Positions 35,192 through 44,804 are shown, numbered from the stretch's first letter. The stretch: 64,000 bases of DNA from an uncultured Clostridia bacterium (GCA_944349375.1 CALVMV010000002.1:106899-170898), one strand, 5' to 3'. Translations and numbers: made by a program. Notes: generated from the sequence alone by a model not told the origin.

Positions 35192-36274
35192 TTATTTACA
35201 TATAAAAAATAATCCAACAATAACAGCTAAAATCACAAAAATGGTAACAAAAACTTTCCATTTTGCTATTGGTGTTTTCCCTGCTATTTTACCATTATCT
35301 CCATTAACAAAGAAATTGTATAATTTATTTTTATATTTATAATTCCCTGCATAAACAGGAACTAAAATGTATTTATATTTTTCTCCAAAAAATTTCGTTT
35401 TAATATTTAAAGCAACTTTTACATCATAATCATATCTGTTTAAAATTTGGCTTTCAATAATTCTGTCCATGTTTTGTTTACATTCTGTCCAGCAAGCGCC
35501 ACCTTCTTTATCGTAAGTACAAGCACTGTAACCCCTTAAATATTCAGGTTTGTATTCTAAAACTTGTCTAGTCGGAAAAGGCTCTAATTTTTTTAAAATA
35601 TCTGCTTTAATATCAGAAGAGGCTTGAATTAATACATCATCAAAAAATGCCTTGTTTTCTCCAGAAATGGTAAAGTAACGAACTTTAGTTACAGTAATTG
35701 GTTTACCATTATGATATGAAGTAACTACATAATTTTTCCCAAGTTGCCCATGGTAGTTTGAAATCGCATTCGCATCAAAAGTGAAAACAGGATTATAGAA
35801 CCCATGTAAATTTTCTGCCTTTACACTTTTTTTGAATTTATTAGGAGCATAAAGTTTTTTCTTAGCCCATTTTATCGCCAAAAGAGAAGCTTGCTTTTTC
35901 GTGATTTTAAAAGGAGCAATACCCTGAGGCTTAAGCCCGGGTATTTCATCAATTTTAACAATGCTGTTAGTTCCACAAAAAGGACAAATTAACGAAACTT
36001 CTCCTGCTTGAATAATTTCTTTTACTCCACAACTTTGGCACTGAAAGACCTCTGCTTCTTTCCAAACCTCACCTTTGGATAACAACTCTTGAAGTTCTCT
36101 TTCTTGTGCAAATTTATCATTTTTAACCTCAAACAAACTTCCACAATAAAGACATTTTAATTTTTGCTCTTTTACATCAAAAATTGTTTCTCCACCACAG
36201 TTTTCACATTTAAAATCATCAACCTTCAAATCTTTTTCATTATAAATTTTTTCGTAAATTTTAGATTTGGTCAT
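35192..36274 (-). CDS. zinc-ribbon protein with C-terminal membrane anchor (YdjG-like)
   Basis: Two CxxC...CxxC ribbons (CENCGG..CLYCGS; CQSCG..CPFCG). The conserved tail LVPVYAGNYKYKNKLYNFFVNGDNGKIAGKTP is followed by a TM helix. Confidence 0.6.
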   Translation of the reverse strand: MTKSKIYEKIYNEKDLKVDDFKCENCGGETIFDVKEQKLKCLYCGSLFEVKNDKFAQERELQELLSKGEVWKEAEVFQCQSCGVKEIIQAGEVSLICPFCGTNSIVKIDEIPGLKPQGIAPFKITKKQASLLAIKWAKKKLYAPNKFKKSVKAENLHGFYNPVFTFDANAISNYHGQLGKNYVVTSYHNGKPITVTKVRYFTISGENKAFFDDVLIQASSDIKADILKKLEPFPTRQVLEYKPEYLRGYSACTYDKEGGACWTECKQNMDRIIESQILNRYDYDVKVALNIKTKFFGEKYKYILVPVYAGNYKYKNKLYNFFVNGDNGKIAGKTPIAKWKVFVTIFVILAVIVGLFFICK

Positions 36275-37302
36275 TTAAGTTTCCTACCACATTCAGGGCA
36301 AAATTTCGCATTCGGTTTTATTTCCGTTCCACAATCAGGGCAAGTTATTGCTAATCTTTGTCCACATTCAGGACAAAATTTTGCTCTTGCACCTATTGTC
36401 GCATTACAATTAGGACAAACTCTATTTTTGGATGTTTGATTTTTTTGCATTTGAGCCATGTTTTGCATATTGTTAGCAAAAATATTACCAACGCCCATAC
36501 CCATTCCAAGACCAAGACCTGCTCCCATAGTAGAACCTGCATTACCAGGATTTTTTGCAGCTTCTTTCATAGCTTCCAAAGTTTCGACTTGAGTATAAAC
36601 ATCAATATTTCCTCTCAACATACCAAGAGAAGTATTTTTATCTAAAGCTTTTTCCAATTCTTCTGGTAAAGAGAAGTTCTCAAAAACAAAATTAGTTAAT
36701 TTCAAACCAATTTCTTTAAATTCTTCTCCTACTTTAACTTCTACAGTTTTTGAAAAATCTTGTAGATTACCTGCCATATCAAGAACTGAAATTTTACTTT
36801 CTCCAATGGCATCACTAATCCCACTCAAAACAATGCTTCTAAGATAATCAGTTATTTCTGAAGATTTGTAAGAAGAATTTGTTCCACTAAGATTTTTCAT
36901 AAAAACATAGGCGTCATCTACCTTAAAAGAATAGTTACCAAATCCCCTAATTCTTACAACACCATAATCTTTATCTCGAACAATAATAGGATTAACTGTT
37001 CCCCATTTTTGATTTGTAAATTGTTTTGTACTTACAAAAAAGATATCAGATTTAAAAGGTGTTTCAAATCCATACTTCCATGATAATAATTTAGTTAAAA
37101 TAGGTAAATTATCAGTATCTAATTTATAATACCCAGGCAAAAAGACATCAGCAAGTCGTCCCTTATCAACAAAAATAGCAACCTGACTTTCTCTAACAGT
37201 TAAGGCAGAACCTCTGTTAATTTGATTTTTTGAAACAGGATATTTATAAACCAACAAATCACTACTATCATCAGTCCATTCAATATTTTTTAAAAGTGCC
37301 AT
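36271..37302 (-). CDS. SPFH/band-7-like (YdjI-like) protein with C-terminal double zinc ribbon
   Basis: The N-terminal ~250 aa resemble the YdjI / virion-core-like SPFH family (VYKYP...GSALTVRESQVAIFV). The C-terminus reads CPNCN..CPECG..CPDCG..CPECG. Confidence 0.65.
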   Translation of the reverse strand: MALLKNIEWTDDSSDLLVYKYPVSKNQINRGSALTVRESQVAIFVDKGRLADVFLPGYYKLDTDNLPILTKLLSWKYGFETPFKSDIFFVSTKQFTNQKWGTVNPIIVRDKDYGVVRIRGFGNYSFKVDDAYVFMKNLSGTNSSYKSSEITDYLRSIVLSGISDAIGESKISVLDMAGNLQDFSKTVEVKVGEEFKEIGLKLTNFVFENFSLPEELEKALDKNTSLGMLRGNIDVYTQVETLEAMKEAAKNPGNAGSTMGAGLGLGMGMGVGNIFANNMQNMAQMQKNQTSKNRVCPNCNATIGARAKFCPECGQRLAITCPDCGTEIKPNAKFCPECGRKLK

Positions 37303-37374
37303 ATTTCTCCTCTCCTTTATATGAATATATTAACATATTCGCCACTTAAAATCAATTAAATAAAGCACCTTATA

Positions 37375-37404
37375 AATAAAAAACTTAAGCAATAATTGCT
37401 TAAG
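37375..37404 (-). terminator. Rho-independent terminator after dnaJ
   Basis: The stem CTTAAGCAA/TTGCTTAAG is followed by TTTTTTATTT on the minus strand. Confidence 0.7.
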
Positions 37405-37410
37405 CTTAAT

Positions 37411-38538
37411 TTATTTTTTCATTTTTTTCAAATAATTACTATATTTAACATAATCGTTTTCGGTATAATTATTTGCTAAATTTTGTAGCATCTCTTTGGT
37501 TTGCTTATTTAAAGATTTAGGACATTCTGCTTTTAAAGTAACTAATAAATCACCATATTTATCTTTATTTAAGAGTTTCACTCCTTTGCCTTTTAAACGC
37601 ATAACCGTTCCACTAGGTGTTAACTCAGGAATATTTAAAGAGTAGTTGCCATTTAAAGTAGGAACATCTACTTTGCCACCTAACAGCATAGTAGTAAATG
37701 GTAAATATAAATCCAAGAATAAATCATTTTCTCGTCTAGTTAAAATGTTATGAGAAGCGACCGAAATATGAATATTTAAATCACCATTTATTCCATCTCT
37801 GAGTGGTGCGTTGCCTTCTCCTCTCATACGAAGAGTTTGACCATTATCAATTCCTGCAGGTATCTTAACTTTAACAGTTTTTTGCACTCTTTTATAACCT
37901 TTACCAGAACAAACATCACATTTTTCTTTTACTATTTTTCCTGTTCCTTCACATTTTGGGCAAACACTTTCTCTTATAGTTGTTCCAAACATCGTGTTTT
38001 GTTGATAGCGAACTCTACCTGTTCCCTGACAATTTGTACAAGTAGTAAATTCTCTACCATTTTTTGCCCCTGTTCCATTACATTGAGAACATTTTTCAAT
38101 TTTGCCAATAGTAATATTTTTTTCAACACCAAAGCAAGCCTCTTCAAAGGTTAAATTCATACTTATTTCAATATCTTCACCTTTTTGCAAAGTTCTTCCA
38201 CCCGTTCTAGCTCCTCCACCAAAAGCAGAAAAGATATCCGAAAAGATATCGGAAAACCCACCATTGCCGCCAAAGAAATCGCCAAAGCCACCACTGCTTC
38301 CACCAGCTCCAAAAGGATTGCCTTCAGCAGAGCCAAATTGGTCATAATTAGCCCTCTTGTTTGGATCTCCTAGCACTTCATAAGCTTCATTAATTTCTTT
38401 AAACTTGTTTGCAGCTTCTTCAGTTTTATTTAAATCTGGGTGATACTTTTTAGCGAGCCTACGATAAGCAGATTTAATCTCATCTTCACTCGCATTTTTA
38501 TCAACACCAAGAATAGAATAATAATCTTTATTTGCCAT
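37411..38538 (-). CDS. dnaJ: molecular chaperone DnaJ
   Basis: J domain with HPD, a G/F-rich region and four CxxCxGxG zinc motifs. Confidence 0.97.
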   Translation of the reverse strand: MANKDYYSILGVDKNASEDEIKSAYRRLAKKYHPDLNKTEEAANKFKEINEAYEVLGDPNKRANYDQFGSAEGNPFGAGGSSGGFGDFFGGNGGFSDIFSDIFSAFGGGARTGGRTLQKGEDIEISMNLTFEEACFGVEKNITIGKIEKCSQCNGTGAKNGREFTTCTNCQGTGRVRYQQNTMFGTTIRESVCPKCEGTGKIVKEKCDVCSGKGYKRVQKTVKVKIPAGIDNGQTLRMRGEGNAPLRDGINGDLNIHISVASHNILTRRENDLFLDLYLPFTTMLLGGKVDVPTLNGNYSLNIPELTPSGTVMRLKGKGVKLLNKDKYGDLLVTLKAECPKSLNKQTKEMLQNLANNYTENDYVKYSNYLKKMKK

Positions 38539-38638
38539 AAAATTCTCTCTTTTAAAAATAAAATAAGATCAAAAGTAATAAATTAGATAATTAAATATTT
38601 TGATATATTTTAAATTGAAAGCTTTAAAAGATAAAGTA

Positions 38639-38667
38639 ATTGAGCATTATGGGTTAATATGCTCAAT
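38639..38667 (-). terminator. hairpin between dnaK and dnaJ (possible attenuating terminator)
   Basis: A 9-bp stem (ATTGAGCAT/ATGCTCAAT). The downstream U-tract is only moderately rich. Confidence 0.3.
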
Positions 38668-38680
38668 CACTTCTTTTAAA

Positions 38681-40504
38681 TTATTTATTATCATCAACTA
38701 CTACTTCAGGATCTGAATCACTTGAACCATTAGAGCCGTTACCATTAGGATCAGCACCGTTTGGATTTGCTCCTTGATACATTTTAGAAACTATACCATT
38801 AGAAGTTGCTGTAAGTTCATCAAGAGCTTTTTTGATAACTTCAATATCATCGCTTTCAAAATCTTTTTTAGCTTTATCGATAGCTTCTTGAAGTTTTTTC
38901 TTGTCATCTTCGTTAAGTTTATCGCCATTTTCTTTAAGCATTTTTTCAAGACCATAAACCATGTTATCTGCTTGATTTTTAGTTTCAACAAGCTCTTTTC
39001 TCTTTTTGTCTTCTTCAGCATGAGCTTCAGCTTCTTTTATAGCTTTTTCAATATCTTCTTCTTTAAGATTTGAAGAAGCTGTGATTGTAATATTTTGTTC
39101 TTTGTTTGTTCCTAAATCTTTAGCAGAAACCTTAACGATACCATTTGCATCAATATCAAATGTAACTTCAATTTGAGGAACACCTCTAGGTGCAGGTGGA
39201 ATATCGCTAAGTTGGAAACGACCTAAAGTTTTGTTTTGAGCAGCAAATTCTCTTTCTCCTTGAAGAACATGAATATCAACTCCAGGTTGATTATCAACAG
39301 CAGTAGAGAAAATTTGTGATTTTTTTGTAGGGATTGTAGTATTTCTTTCAATCAATTTAGTAAATACTCCGCCCAAAGTTTCAATACCCAAAGATAATGG
39401 AGTAACATCAAGAAGAAGAACATCTTTAACTTCTCCACCAAGAACGCCAGCCTGAATAGCAGCACCAACAGCGACACATTCATCTGGGTTGATTCCCTTG
39501 TAAGGTTCTTTTCCTGTAAAGTTTTTAACAGCTTCTTGAACAGCAGGGATACGAGTAGAACCACCAACTAAAACAACTTTATCAATTTGATTTTTGTCAA
39601 GTTTAGCATCAGCCAAAGCTCTCTTTGAACATTCAATAGTTTCTTTAACCAAATCTTCAGTTATAGCATCAAACTTAGCTCTAGTAAGTTCATATTCCAT
39701 ATGTTTAGGACCAGTAGCATCAGCAGAAATAAAAGGTAAAGAAATAGTTGTTTTAGGAGTTGCAGACAAATCAATTTTAGCTTTTTCAGCAGCTTCCTTT
39801 AATCTTTGCATAGCAAGTTTGTCAGTTGACAAATCAATGTTGTTTGTCTTCTTAAATTCTTCAACTAATAGATCAATGATTCTATTATCAAAGTCATCTC
39901 CACCCAAACGAGTGTTGCCATTAGTAGAAAGAACTTCAAAAACACCATCTCCAATTTCAAGTATAGACACATCAAAAGTTCCACCGCCAAGGTCGTAAAC
40001 TAAGATTTTTTGATTTGAATTTTCACCTTTATCAAGCCCATAAGCAAGAGCAGCTGCTGTAGGCTCATTTATAATTCTTAAAACTTCAAGCCCAGCAATT
40101 TTTCCAGCATCTTTAGTTGCTTGTCTTTGAGAATCATTGAAGTAAGCAGGGACTGTAATAACGGCTTGAGAAACAGTTCCTCCTAAATAACTTTCAGCAT
40201 CAGCCTTGAGTTTTGAAAGAATCATTGCAGAGATTTCTTGAGGTGTATATTCTTTGCCATTAAGTTTTGCTTTGTAGTTTGTTCCCATTTCTCTTTTAAT
40301 AGATTGAATTGTGTTTTCAGCATTAACAATTGCTTGTCTTTTAGCAACTTTACCAACAAGTCTTTCTCCTTCTTTGGTATAAGCTACAACAGATGGAGTT
40401 GTTCTATCTCCTTCTGCATTAGCAATAACAGTTGGTTTTCCACCTTCCATTACAGCCACACATGAATTTGTTGTTCCTAAGTCAATTCCAATAATTTTTC
40501 CCAT
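38681..40504 (-). CDS. dnaK: molecular chaperone DnaK (Hsp70)
   Basis: The Hsp70 signatures GIDLGTTNS and DLGGGTFD are present. 607 aa. Confidence 0.98.
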   Translation of the reverse strand: MGKIIGIDLGTTNSCVAVMEGGKPTVIANAEGDRTTPSVVAYTKEGERLVGKVAKRQAIVNAENTIQSIKREMGTNYKAKLNGKEYTPQEISAMILSKLKADAESYLGGTVSQAVITVPAYFNDSQRQATKDAGKIAGLEVLRIINEPTAAALAYGLDKGENSNQKILVYDLGGGTFDVSILEIGDGVFEVLSTNGNTRLGGDDFDNRIIDLLVEEFKKTNNIDLSTDKLAMQRLKEAAEKAKIDLSATPKTTISLPFISADATGPKHMEYELTRAKFDAITEDLVKETIECSKRALADAKLDKNQIDKVVLVGGSTRIPAVQEAVKNFTGKEPYKGINPDECVAVGAAIQAGVLGGEVKDVLLLDVTPLSLGIETLGGVFTKLIERNTTIPTKKSQIFSTAVDNQPGVDIHVLQGEREFAAQNKTLGRFQLSDIPPAPRGVPQIEVTFDIDANGIVKVSAKDLGTNKEQNITITASSNLKEEDIEKAIKEAEAHAEEDKKRKELVETKNQADNMVYGLEKMLKENGDKLNEDDKKKLQEAIDKAKKDFESDDIEVIKKALDELTATSNGIVSKMYQGANPNGADPNGNGSNGSSDSDPEVVVDDNK

Positions 40505-40508
40505 AATT

Positions 40509-41165
40509 TTAATCCTCCTTTTTATTGACTATGACTTTTGCATATCGAATTACTTTGCCGTTGAAGACATAACCAGCTTGATATTCATCAATAATTATGT
40601 CATTTTCTTTATCCGCAACATTTAAAACGGCAATAACATTGTGGACATGTGGGTTATATTTTTCTCCCACAGATTCTATTTTTTCAACTCCTAAACTTGA
40701 AAGAGCATCATTGATTTTGTTTTCAATCATTTCAACTCCTTTCAGAATTTCAGAGTCATGAATAGACTTTTTAGCTTCTTTAAAGGTATCCAAACATGGC
40801 AAGAACACTTCAATTACAGATGCCTGCCCTGCAATTTTAGCTTGCTTGATATCTTCAATGGCATGACGCCTAAAGTTTTCAAAGTCGGCTTGAATTTGTT
40901 TAGCCAAAATTAAGTATTCTTCACTTTCTTTGCAAGAATGTTTTTTTGAAGCATCATCTCCACAAGAACATTCTTCACATTCACAATCTTCTTCATGCTG
41001 TTGAGAATGATTAGCATTTTGACATTTGCATTTTTTTTCGTGTTTTTCATTCCCTTGACAAGTGCAATTTTCGTTGCATTTGTTTTCTTCCGAACATTCA
41101 CAGGAATTTTCACAATCACATTCTTCTGCGCAATGACATTTAATTTCTTCTTCTTTCTTTGACAT
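40509..41165 (-). CDS. grpE: nucleotide exchange factor GrpE with Cys-rich N-terminal extension
   Basis: The C-terminal ~135 aa are GrpE-like ([10 protein letters not shown]..., [10 protein letters not shown]). The N-terminal ~80 aa contain about 16 Cys in CxC/CxxC patterns. Confidence 0.9.
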   Translation of the reverse strand: MSKKEEEIKCHCAEECDCENSCECSEENKCNENCTCQGNEKHEKKCKCQNANHSQQHEEDCECEECSCGDDASKKHSCKESEEYLILAKQIQADFENFRRHAIEDIKQAKIAGQASVIEVFLPCLDTFKEAKKSIHDSEILKGVEMIENKINDALSSLGVEKIESVGEKYNPHVHNVIAVLNVADKENDIIIDEYQAGYVFNGKVIRYAKVIVNKKED

Positions 41166-42158
41166 TTATTCTCCTTTTAAGTCTTTTAGGCTATCCACCA
41201 CAACTTTTAAAGCAGATGCAATGCCTGCATAATCCATTCGCTGTGGTCCAATTACTCCAATAGAAGCAAGTTGGTTTCCATTAACAGTTATAGGTGCTTT
41301 CATAATTGAACAATCATTATCTTCGTCTCCAAGTTCAACTTCAATGCCTTGCCCTTCGACACTAACTTTATCAGTAAGTTGTTTTTCATCATCTAAAACA
41401 TTCAATATTTTTTTTGCACTCTCTACATCTTTGTTTTCGATTAGTTTTGCACTGCCTTCCCTGTGAACATCAATTAGCCTTTTTTGATTTAACTTTTTAA
41501 GTCCTCCAATCAAAGTGTCAACTACATTTTGAAAAGCCTTGATTTCATTCTGCATACCTTCTTGCAACTGATCAATGTTTTCAATCATAAATCCAACAGT
41601 TTCACCTTTAAAGTTTTTGGTTAAATAATTAGAAGCATCTTGACATTCATTGGCAGTGGCAGAAAGATCCATAGTTTGAGAGATATAACCTGATTTTGTG
41701 CCTATCAAAACCATTACTTTTTGTTCTAGAAGTGGGATAATTTTAAATTCATCTAGCACCAAATTTTCTATACCATTCATTACAACAATTGTCGGATAAT
41801 TTGTAGCATGAGCAACAATTTTCGCAATAGAACTAATAATCTCTGTCAAAGAACTAGTTCGAGAAGAAATAACTTTTTTAACTTCTTCAAGTTCTTTGTT
41901 GGAAGCAGAAGTTGAAGATAAAAGATTTTCTACATAGTATCTATATCCTTGAGCAGTAGGTACTCTGCCTCCAGAAGTATGAAGTTGTTTTAAATACCCC
42001 ATAGCTTCAAGCGCATTTAGTTCATTTCGCAAAGTAGCAGTAGAACAATTTAAGTTTGATCTGTCTTTCACTAAGCCACTAGTAATAGGCGAACAATCTT
42101 TAATATATTCTTCTATAGCCATGCACAAAATTTGATTTTTTCTATCCGATAACTGCAT
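41166..42158 (-). CDS. hrcA: heat-inducible transcription repressor HrcA
   Basis: LSDRKNQIL...TATLRNELNALEAMGYL is a typical HrcA N-terminus. I start at ATG 42158 (RBS GAGG), because the longer track ORF would cover the CIRCE operator. Confidence 0.9.
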   Translation of the reverse strand: MQLSDRKNQILCMAIEEYIKDCSPITSGLVKDRSNLNCSTATLRNELNALEAMGYLKQLHTSGGRVPTAQGYRYYVENLLSSTSASNKELEEVKKVISSRTSSLTEIISSIAKIVAHATNYPTIVVMNGIENLVLDEFKIIPLLEQKVMVLIGTKSGYISQTMDLSATANECQDASNYLTKNFKGETVGFMIENIDQLQEGMQNEIKAFQNVVDTLIGGLKKLNQKRLIDVHREGSAKLIENKDVESAKKILNVLDDEKQLTDKVSVEGQGIEVELGDEDNDCSIMKAPITVNGNQLASIGVIGPQRMDYAGIASALKVVVDSLKDLKGE

Positions 42159-42181
42159 AACGACCTCAATTTTCGACTTTT

Positions 42182-42208
42182 TTAGCACTCTCATTGTTTA
42201 AGTGCTAG
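42182..42208 (-). promoter_or_regulatory. CIRCE operator (HrcA binding site)
   Basis: TTAGCACTC-N9-AAGTGCTAG, compared with the consensus TTAGCACTC-N9-GAGTGCTAA. It lies directly downstream of the -10 box. Confidence 0.85.
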
Positions 42209-42212
42209 CACT

Positions 42213-42241
42213 ATTATATGCAGTTTACAAAAAATAGTCAA
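42213..42241 (-). promoter_or_regulatory. sigma-A-type promoter of the hrcA-grpE-dnaK-dnaJ operon
   Basis: The minus strand reads TTGACT, 17 nt, then TATAAT. Confidence 0.7.
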
Positions 42242-42321
42242 CCAATTTTGCCAAAAAAAATAAAAAATTTTTATAATAATTTTGTCACATAAAAAACTAC
42301 CAACATAAAGAATTTAAATTT

Positions 42322-42357
42322 ACAAAAAAAAAGATATTCAAAATATATGAATATCTT
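42322..42357 (-). terminator. Rho-independent terminator after the 426-aa orphan gene
   Basis: A 10-bp stem (AAGATATTCA/TGAATATCTT) is followed by T9 on the minus strand. Confidence 0.7.
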
Positions 42358-42364
42358 CTCTTAA

Positions 42365-43645
42365 TCAATATGGCCTATAAATATATGTCTGGTCATCAAA
42401 AGATTTATTCGACATAATCATTGCCTTCGTTGCTTTTTCTAATAAAGAGCAGGCTTTAAGCAAATAACTATAATTTTGGACAATGTATGAAGATGATCTT
42501 TCTAGCTGTTTTGCATTTATTTGCTCTAATAGAATATATTCTCTAACTTCAAGCACCATCCTTTTACATTCTTCTGGTCCTATAGCTTCTACAAAATGTT
42601 TGATTTTTTGGAACTTATCTTCCATCAATTTAAAGTCAGAATCGGTTATCTGCCCATCATCAAATAATCTCTCCAATCTTAGATATTCTCTACAATTTTC
42701 CAGCATATCCAAGAAAGCAGAGCCTTTTCTAAACAAAGATTCCCCGAGTCCGAAAACATGATCCATTTTATTAGGATCAACATTTTTTTGCTTTGCAATT
42801 TGAATTTGTTTGTCGTCTCTTTTTGCTAATTCAATCATCACAAAAGTTTCTGAAATTTTGTTATCTTTAACAAAATTTCTATATTCTTCTTCTTTCGCAA
42901 CACGAGTTTGATAATTTTTACTAAGCTTACTTTCTGTAAACAAATCAGCTGCTTTTTGTATCAGTAAAGACTGATTGGCTGGCGAAGCATTTTTCTTCTC
43001 CTGAGTTCCTATAATTTCTTGAAAAGATACTTCTGGTAATGATGATGGCTTTTTTTCTGCCTCAACAATAGCACTTTTCTGATTTAATTTTAAATTAATA
43101 CCAGCCTTGAAATGAATTTTCTTGGCATTTTGTTTAAATTCAGAAGCATGTTCTTTAGGTATAACATATGCATGAACAAAGTAATTTCCATTTCTCGTAT
43201 CCATATTACTATATACTTTATTAACATAATGTATTGATAATACGACAATATCCCCATTCTCTAAAGTTGAATAACCTACTCGGTAAGGAGCTTTAGAAGG
43301 ATCTGCTCTAAAATCATCTTCGTAACCAACTAATTTTCTCATCTCCCCATCTTTAGTTTTACTATAAGAAATGATTTCAATTTTAGAGTTTAAAAGAATC
43401 CTTTTGTCTTCATAATCTGTATCTTTATATCTTTTTAAAATTTTTGAAGGCTTTGCACCTTCTTTTAAAACTTTTTGTGTATAATATTTTTCCTCGTAAT
43501 CCCCTTTTAACATTCTATTAGCTAAAGAAAAAATTACATTAGAAACATCTCCATTAATGCTATTTGATTTAGAATAAACATCAAAACTAGTATTATCCAT
43601 AGCATCACCCGCAGTATACATCCATTGCGCAATATCTTTTTTCAT
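42365..43645 (-). CDS. hypothetical protein (426 aa), soluble, no recognised domain
   Basis: The ATG at 43645 has an AAAGAGGTG RBS; the track start is a GTG inside that RBS. The gene has its own promoter and terminator. No TM segment or signal peptide. Confidence 0.6.
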   Translation of the reverse strand: MKKDIAQWMYTAGDAMDNTSFDVYSKSNSINGDVSNVIFSLANRMLKGDYEEKYYTQKVLKEGAKPSKILKRYKDTDYEDKRILLNSKIEIISYSKTKDGEMRKLVGYEDDFRADPSKAPYRVGYSTLENGDIVVLSIHYVNKVYSNMDTRNGNYFVHAYVIPKEHASEFKQNAKKIHFKAGINLKLNQKSAIVEAEKKPSSLPEVSFQEIIGTQEKKNASPANQSLLIQKAADLFTESKLSKNYQTRVAKEEEYRNFVKDNKISETFVMIELAKRDDKQIQIAKQKNVDPNKMDHVFGLGESLFRKGSAFLDMLENCREYLRLERLFDDGQITDSDFKLMEDKFQKIKHFVEAIGPEECKRMVLEVREYILLEQINAKQLERSSSYIVQNYSYLLKACSLLEKATKAMIMSNKSFDDQTYIYRPY

Positions 43646-43666
43646 AAACACCTCTTTACAAGCATC

Positions 43667-43695
43667 ATTGTAACAAAAAACATATTTTTTGTCAA
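43667..43695 (-). promoter_or_regulatory. sigma-A-type promoter of the 426-aa orphan gene
   Basis: The minus strand reads TTGACA, 17 nt, then TGtTACAAT. Confidence 0.6.
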
Positions 43696-43773
43696 GATTA
43701 AAAACTTCATTTTAGAAAATTGTTAATTGTTCCTTAATTAATACTTTCCTATATTTTATTGTACCATTATTGT

Positions 43774-43809
43774 AATAAAAAAGAGCATATCCCCAATAAT
43801 ATACTCTTT
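43774..43809 (-). terminator. Rho-independent terminator after the 307-aa orphan gene
   Basis: The stem AAAGAGCATA/TATACTCTTT (one mismatch) is followed by TTTTATTAC on the minus strand. Confidence 0.5.
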
Positions 43810-43842
43810 ACTAATCTACCAAGCATAAGTTATTCCATTTTT

Positions 43843-44766
43843 TTATTCATCTTCTTGACTTTGATCATATAGACAATCATCAATATGTCCATACAAACCT
43901 ATTTGATCACCCATCAACTTTTCATCTAGCCATTCCGAAAAAATCTTTTTTTCATTATAAGACAAGGTATTGTTTTGCATAACAGAAATAATAAAACAAA
44001 TTTGTTTTTGAATTTCTGCATCTTCTTCCCCACCATTTTCCATGATATTATTTATTTTCTCTTTAACTAAATCTTCTACTAATTTTTTATAAAGAAATTC
44101 ACCTGCCACATCATATTCTTCCATTGATCTCAGTATCAAACCCCTAAGATACGGAATTAGTTTAAAAAATTCATCATTCTGCAAGGATAAAATTAAAAAT
44201 GGGTTATTGAATAATTTAAAAACCAAATCTTTTTCATCTTCTGTGATATTAAAATCTAATGTTTTTATAAAATAATAAGGAACGAACAAACCCCAATTTT
44301 GATTTAATAAAAATTCATTTGTCATCAAAGATATAGGTGATTTATCAATCTCTACAACAGAGTGTGTAGAAACAAGCCAAGTTTCTATTTCATCGCCATT
44401 TTTTACTTCTACTTTTTCCCATGCTATATCAAACTCAAAATCTGAAATTTCTTTTGAAACAAAAGTATCTTTAAGAATAATCCTACTTATATTATCTTCA
44501 GTTGAGATAACTTCAAACTCAACATTTCTATCACTAAATATTTCTTGATAACCTTTTGGTAATTTTATAGCAATTTTCAATCCAATTTTATTTAAATCAT
44601 TTTCGCCGTCTTTGAATCTAACTTTTGCAAATCCTCCACTTGCTTTCTTATAGCAGAAAACATCTTTCCTTTCAGGATTTAAAGGATTTTTAATTGATTT
44701 TAAATTTTTCCCCATTGCTCTAGCTACATGCTCAGGCAATATTTCAACTGTAAATTTTCTTTCCAT
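43843..44766 (-). CDS. hypothetical protein (307 aa), acidic C-terminus, no recognised domain
   Basis: A long ORF with coding-like composition. There is no SD sequence, and a promoter -10 box ends 9 nt from the ATG, so the mRNA may be leaderless. Confidence 0.5.
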   Translation of the reverse strand: MERKFTVEILPEHVARAMGKNLKSIKNPLNPERKDVFCYKKASGGFAKVRFKDGENDLNKIGLKIAIKLPKGYQEIFSDRNVEFEVISTEDNISRIILKDTFVSKEISDFEFDIAWEKVEVKNGDEIETWLVSTHSVVEIDKSPISLMTNEFLLNQNWGLFVPYYFIKTLDFNITEDEKDLVFKLFNNPFLILSLQNDEFFKLIPYLRGLILRSMEEYDVAGEFLYKKLVEDLVKEKINNIMENGGEEDAEIQKQICFIISVMQNNTLSYNEKKIFSEWLDEKLMGDQIGLYGHIDDCLYDQSQEDE

Positions 44767-44775
44767 AACAAAATT

Positions 44776-44804
44776 AATATATCACACAGATAACAAAAAA
44801 GCAA
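44776..44804 (-). promoter_or_regulatory. sigma-A-type promoter immediately upstream of the 307-aa ORF
   Basis: The minus strand reads TTGCTT, 17 nt, then TGaTATATT. The -35 box lies in the 3' arm of the upstream terminator. Confidence 0.45.

Noticed and set aside
34947-35342. A 131-aa plus-strand ORF.
   Set aside because: It is antisense to the 150-aa membrane protein gene and to the start of the zinc-ribbon gene, spans an intergenic gap and has no RBS.
38102-38373. Several 60-105-aa ORFs on both strands within dnaJ. Similar ones occur within dnaK, ileS and topA.
   Set aside because: They are alternative frames of highly conserved genes. In dnaJ the G/F-region repeats create open frames, and there is no independent support for any of them.
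42159-42194. The N-terminal extension of the hrcA ORF (MRVLKKSKIEVV).
   Set aside because: It would place the start codon inside the CIRCE operator. The internal ATG at 42158 has an RBS and gives the canonical HrcA N-terminus.
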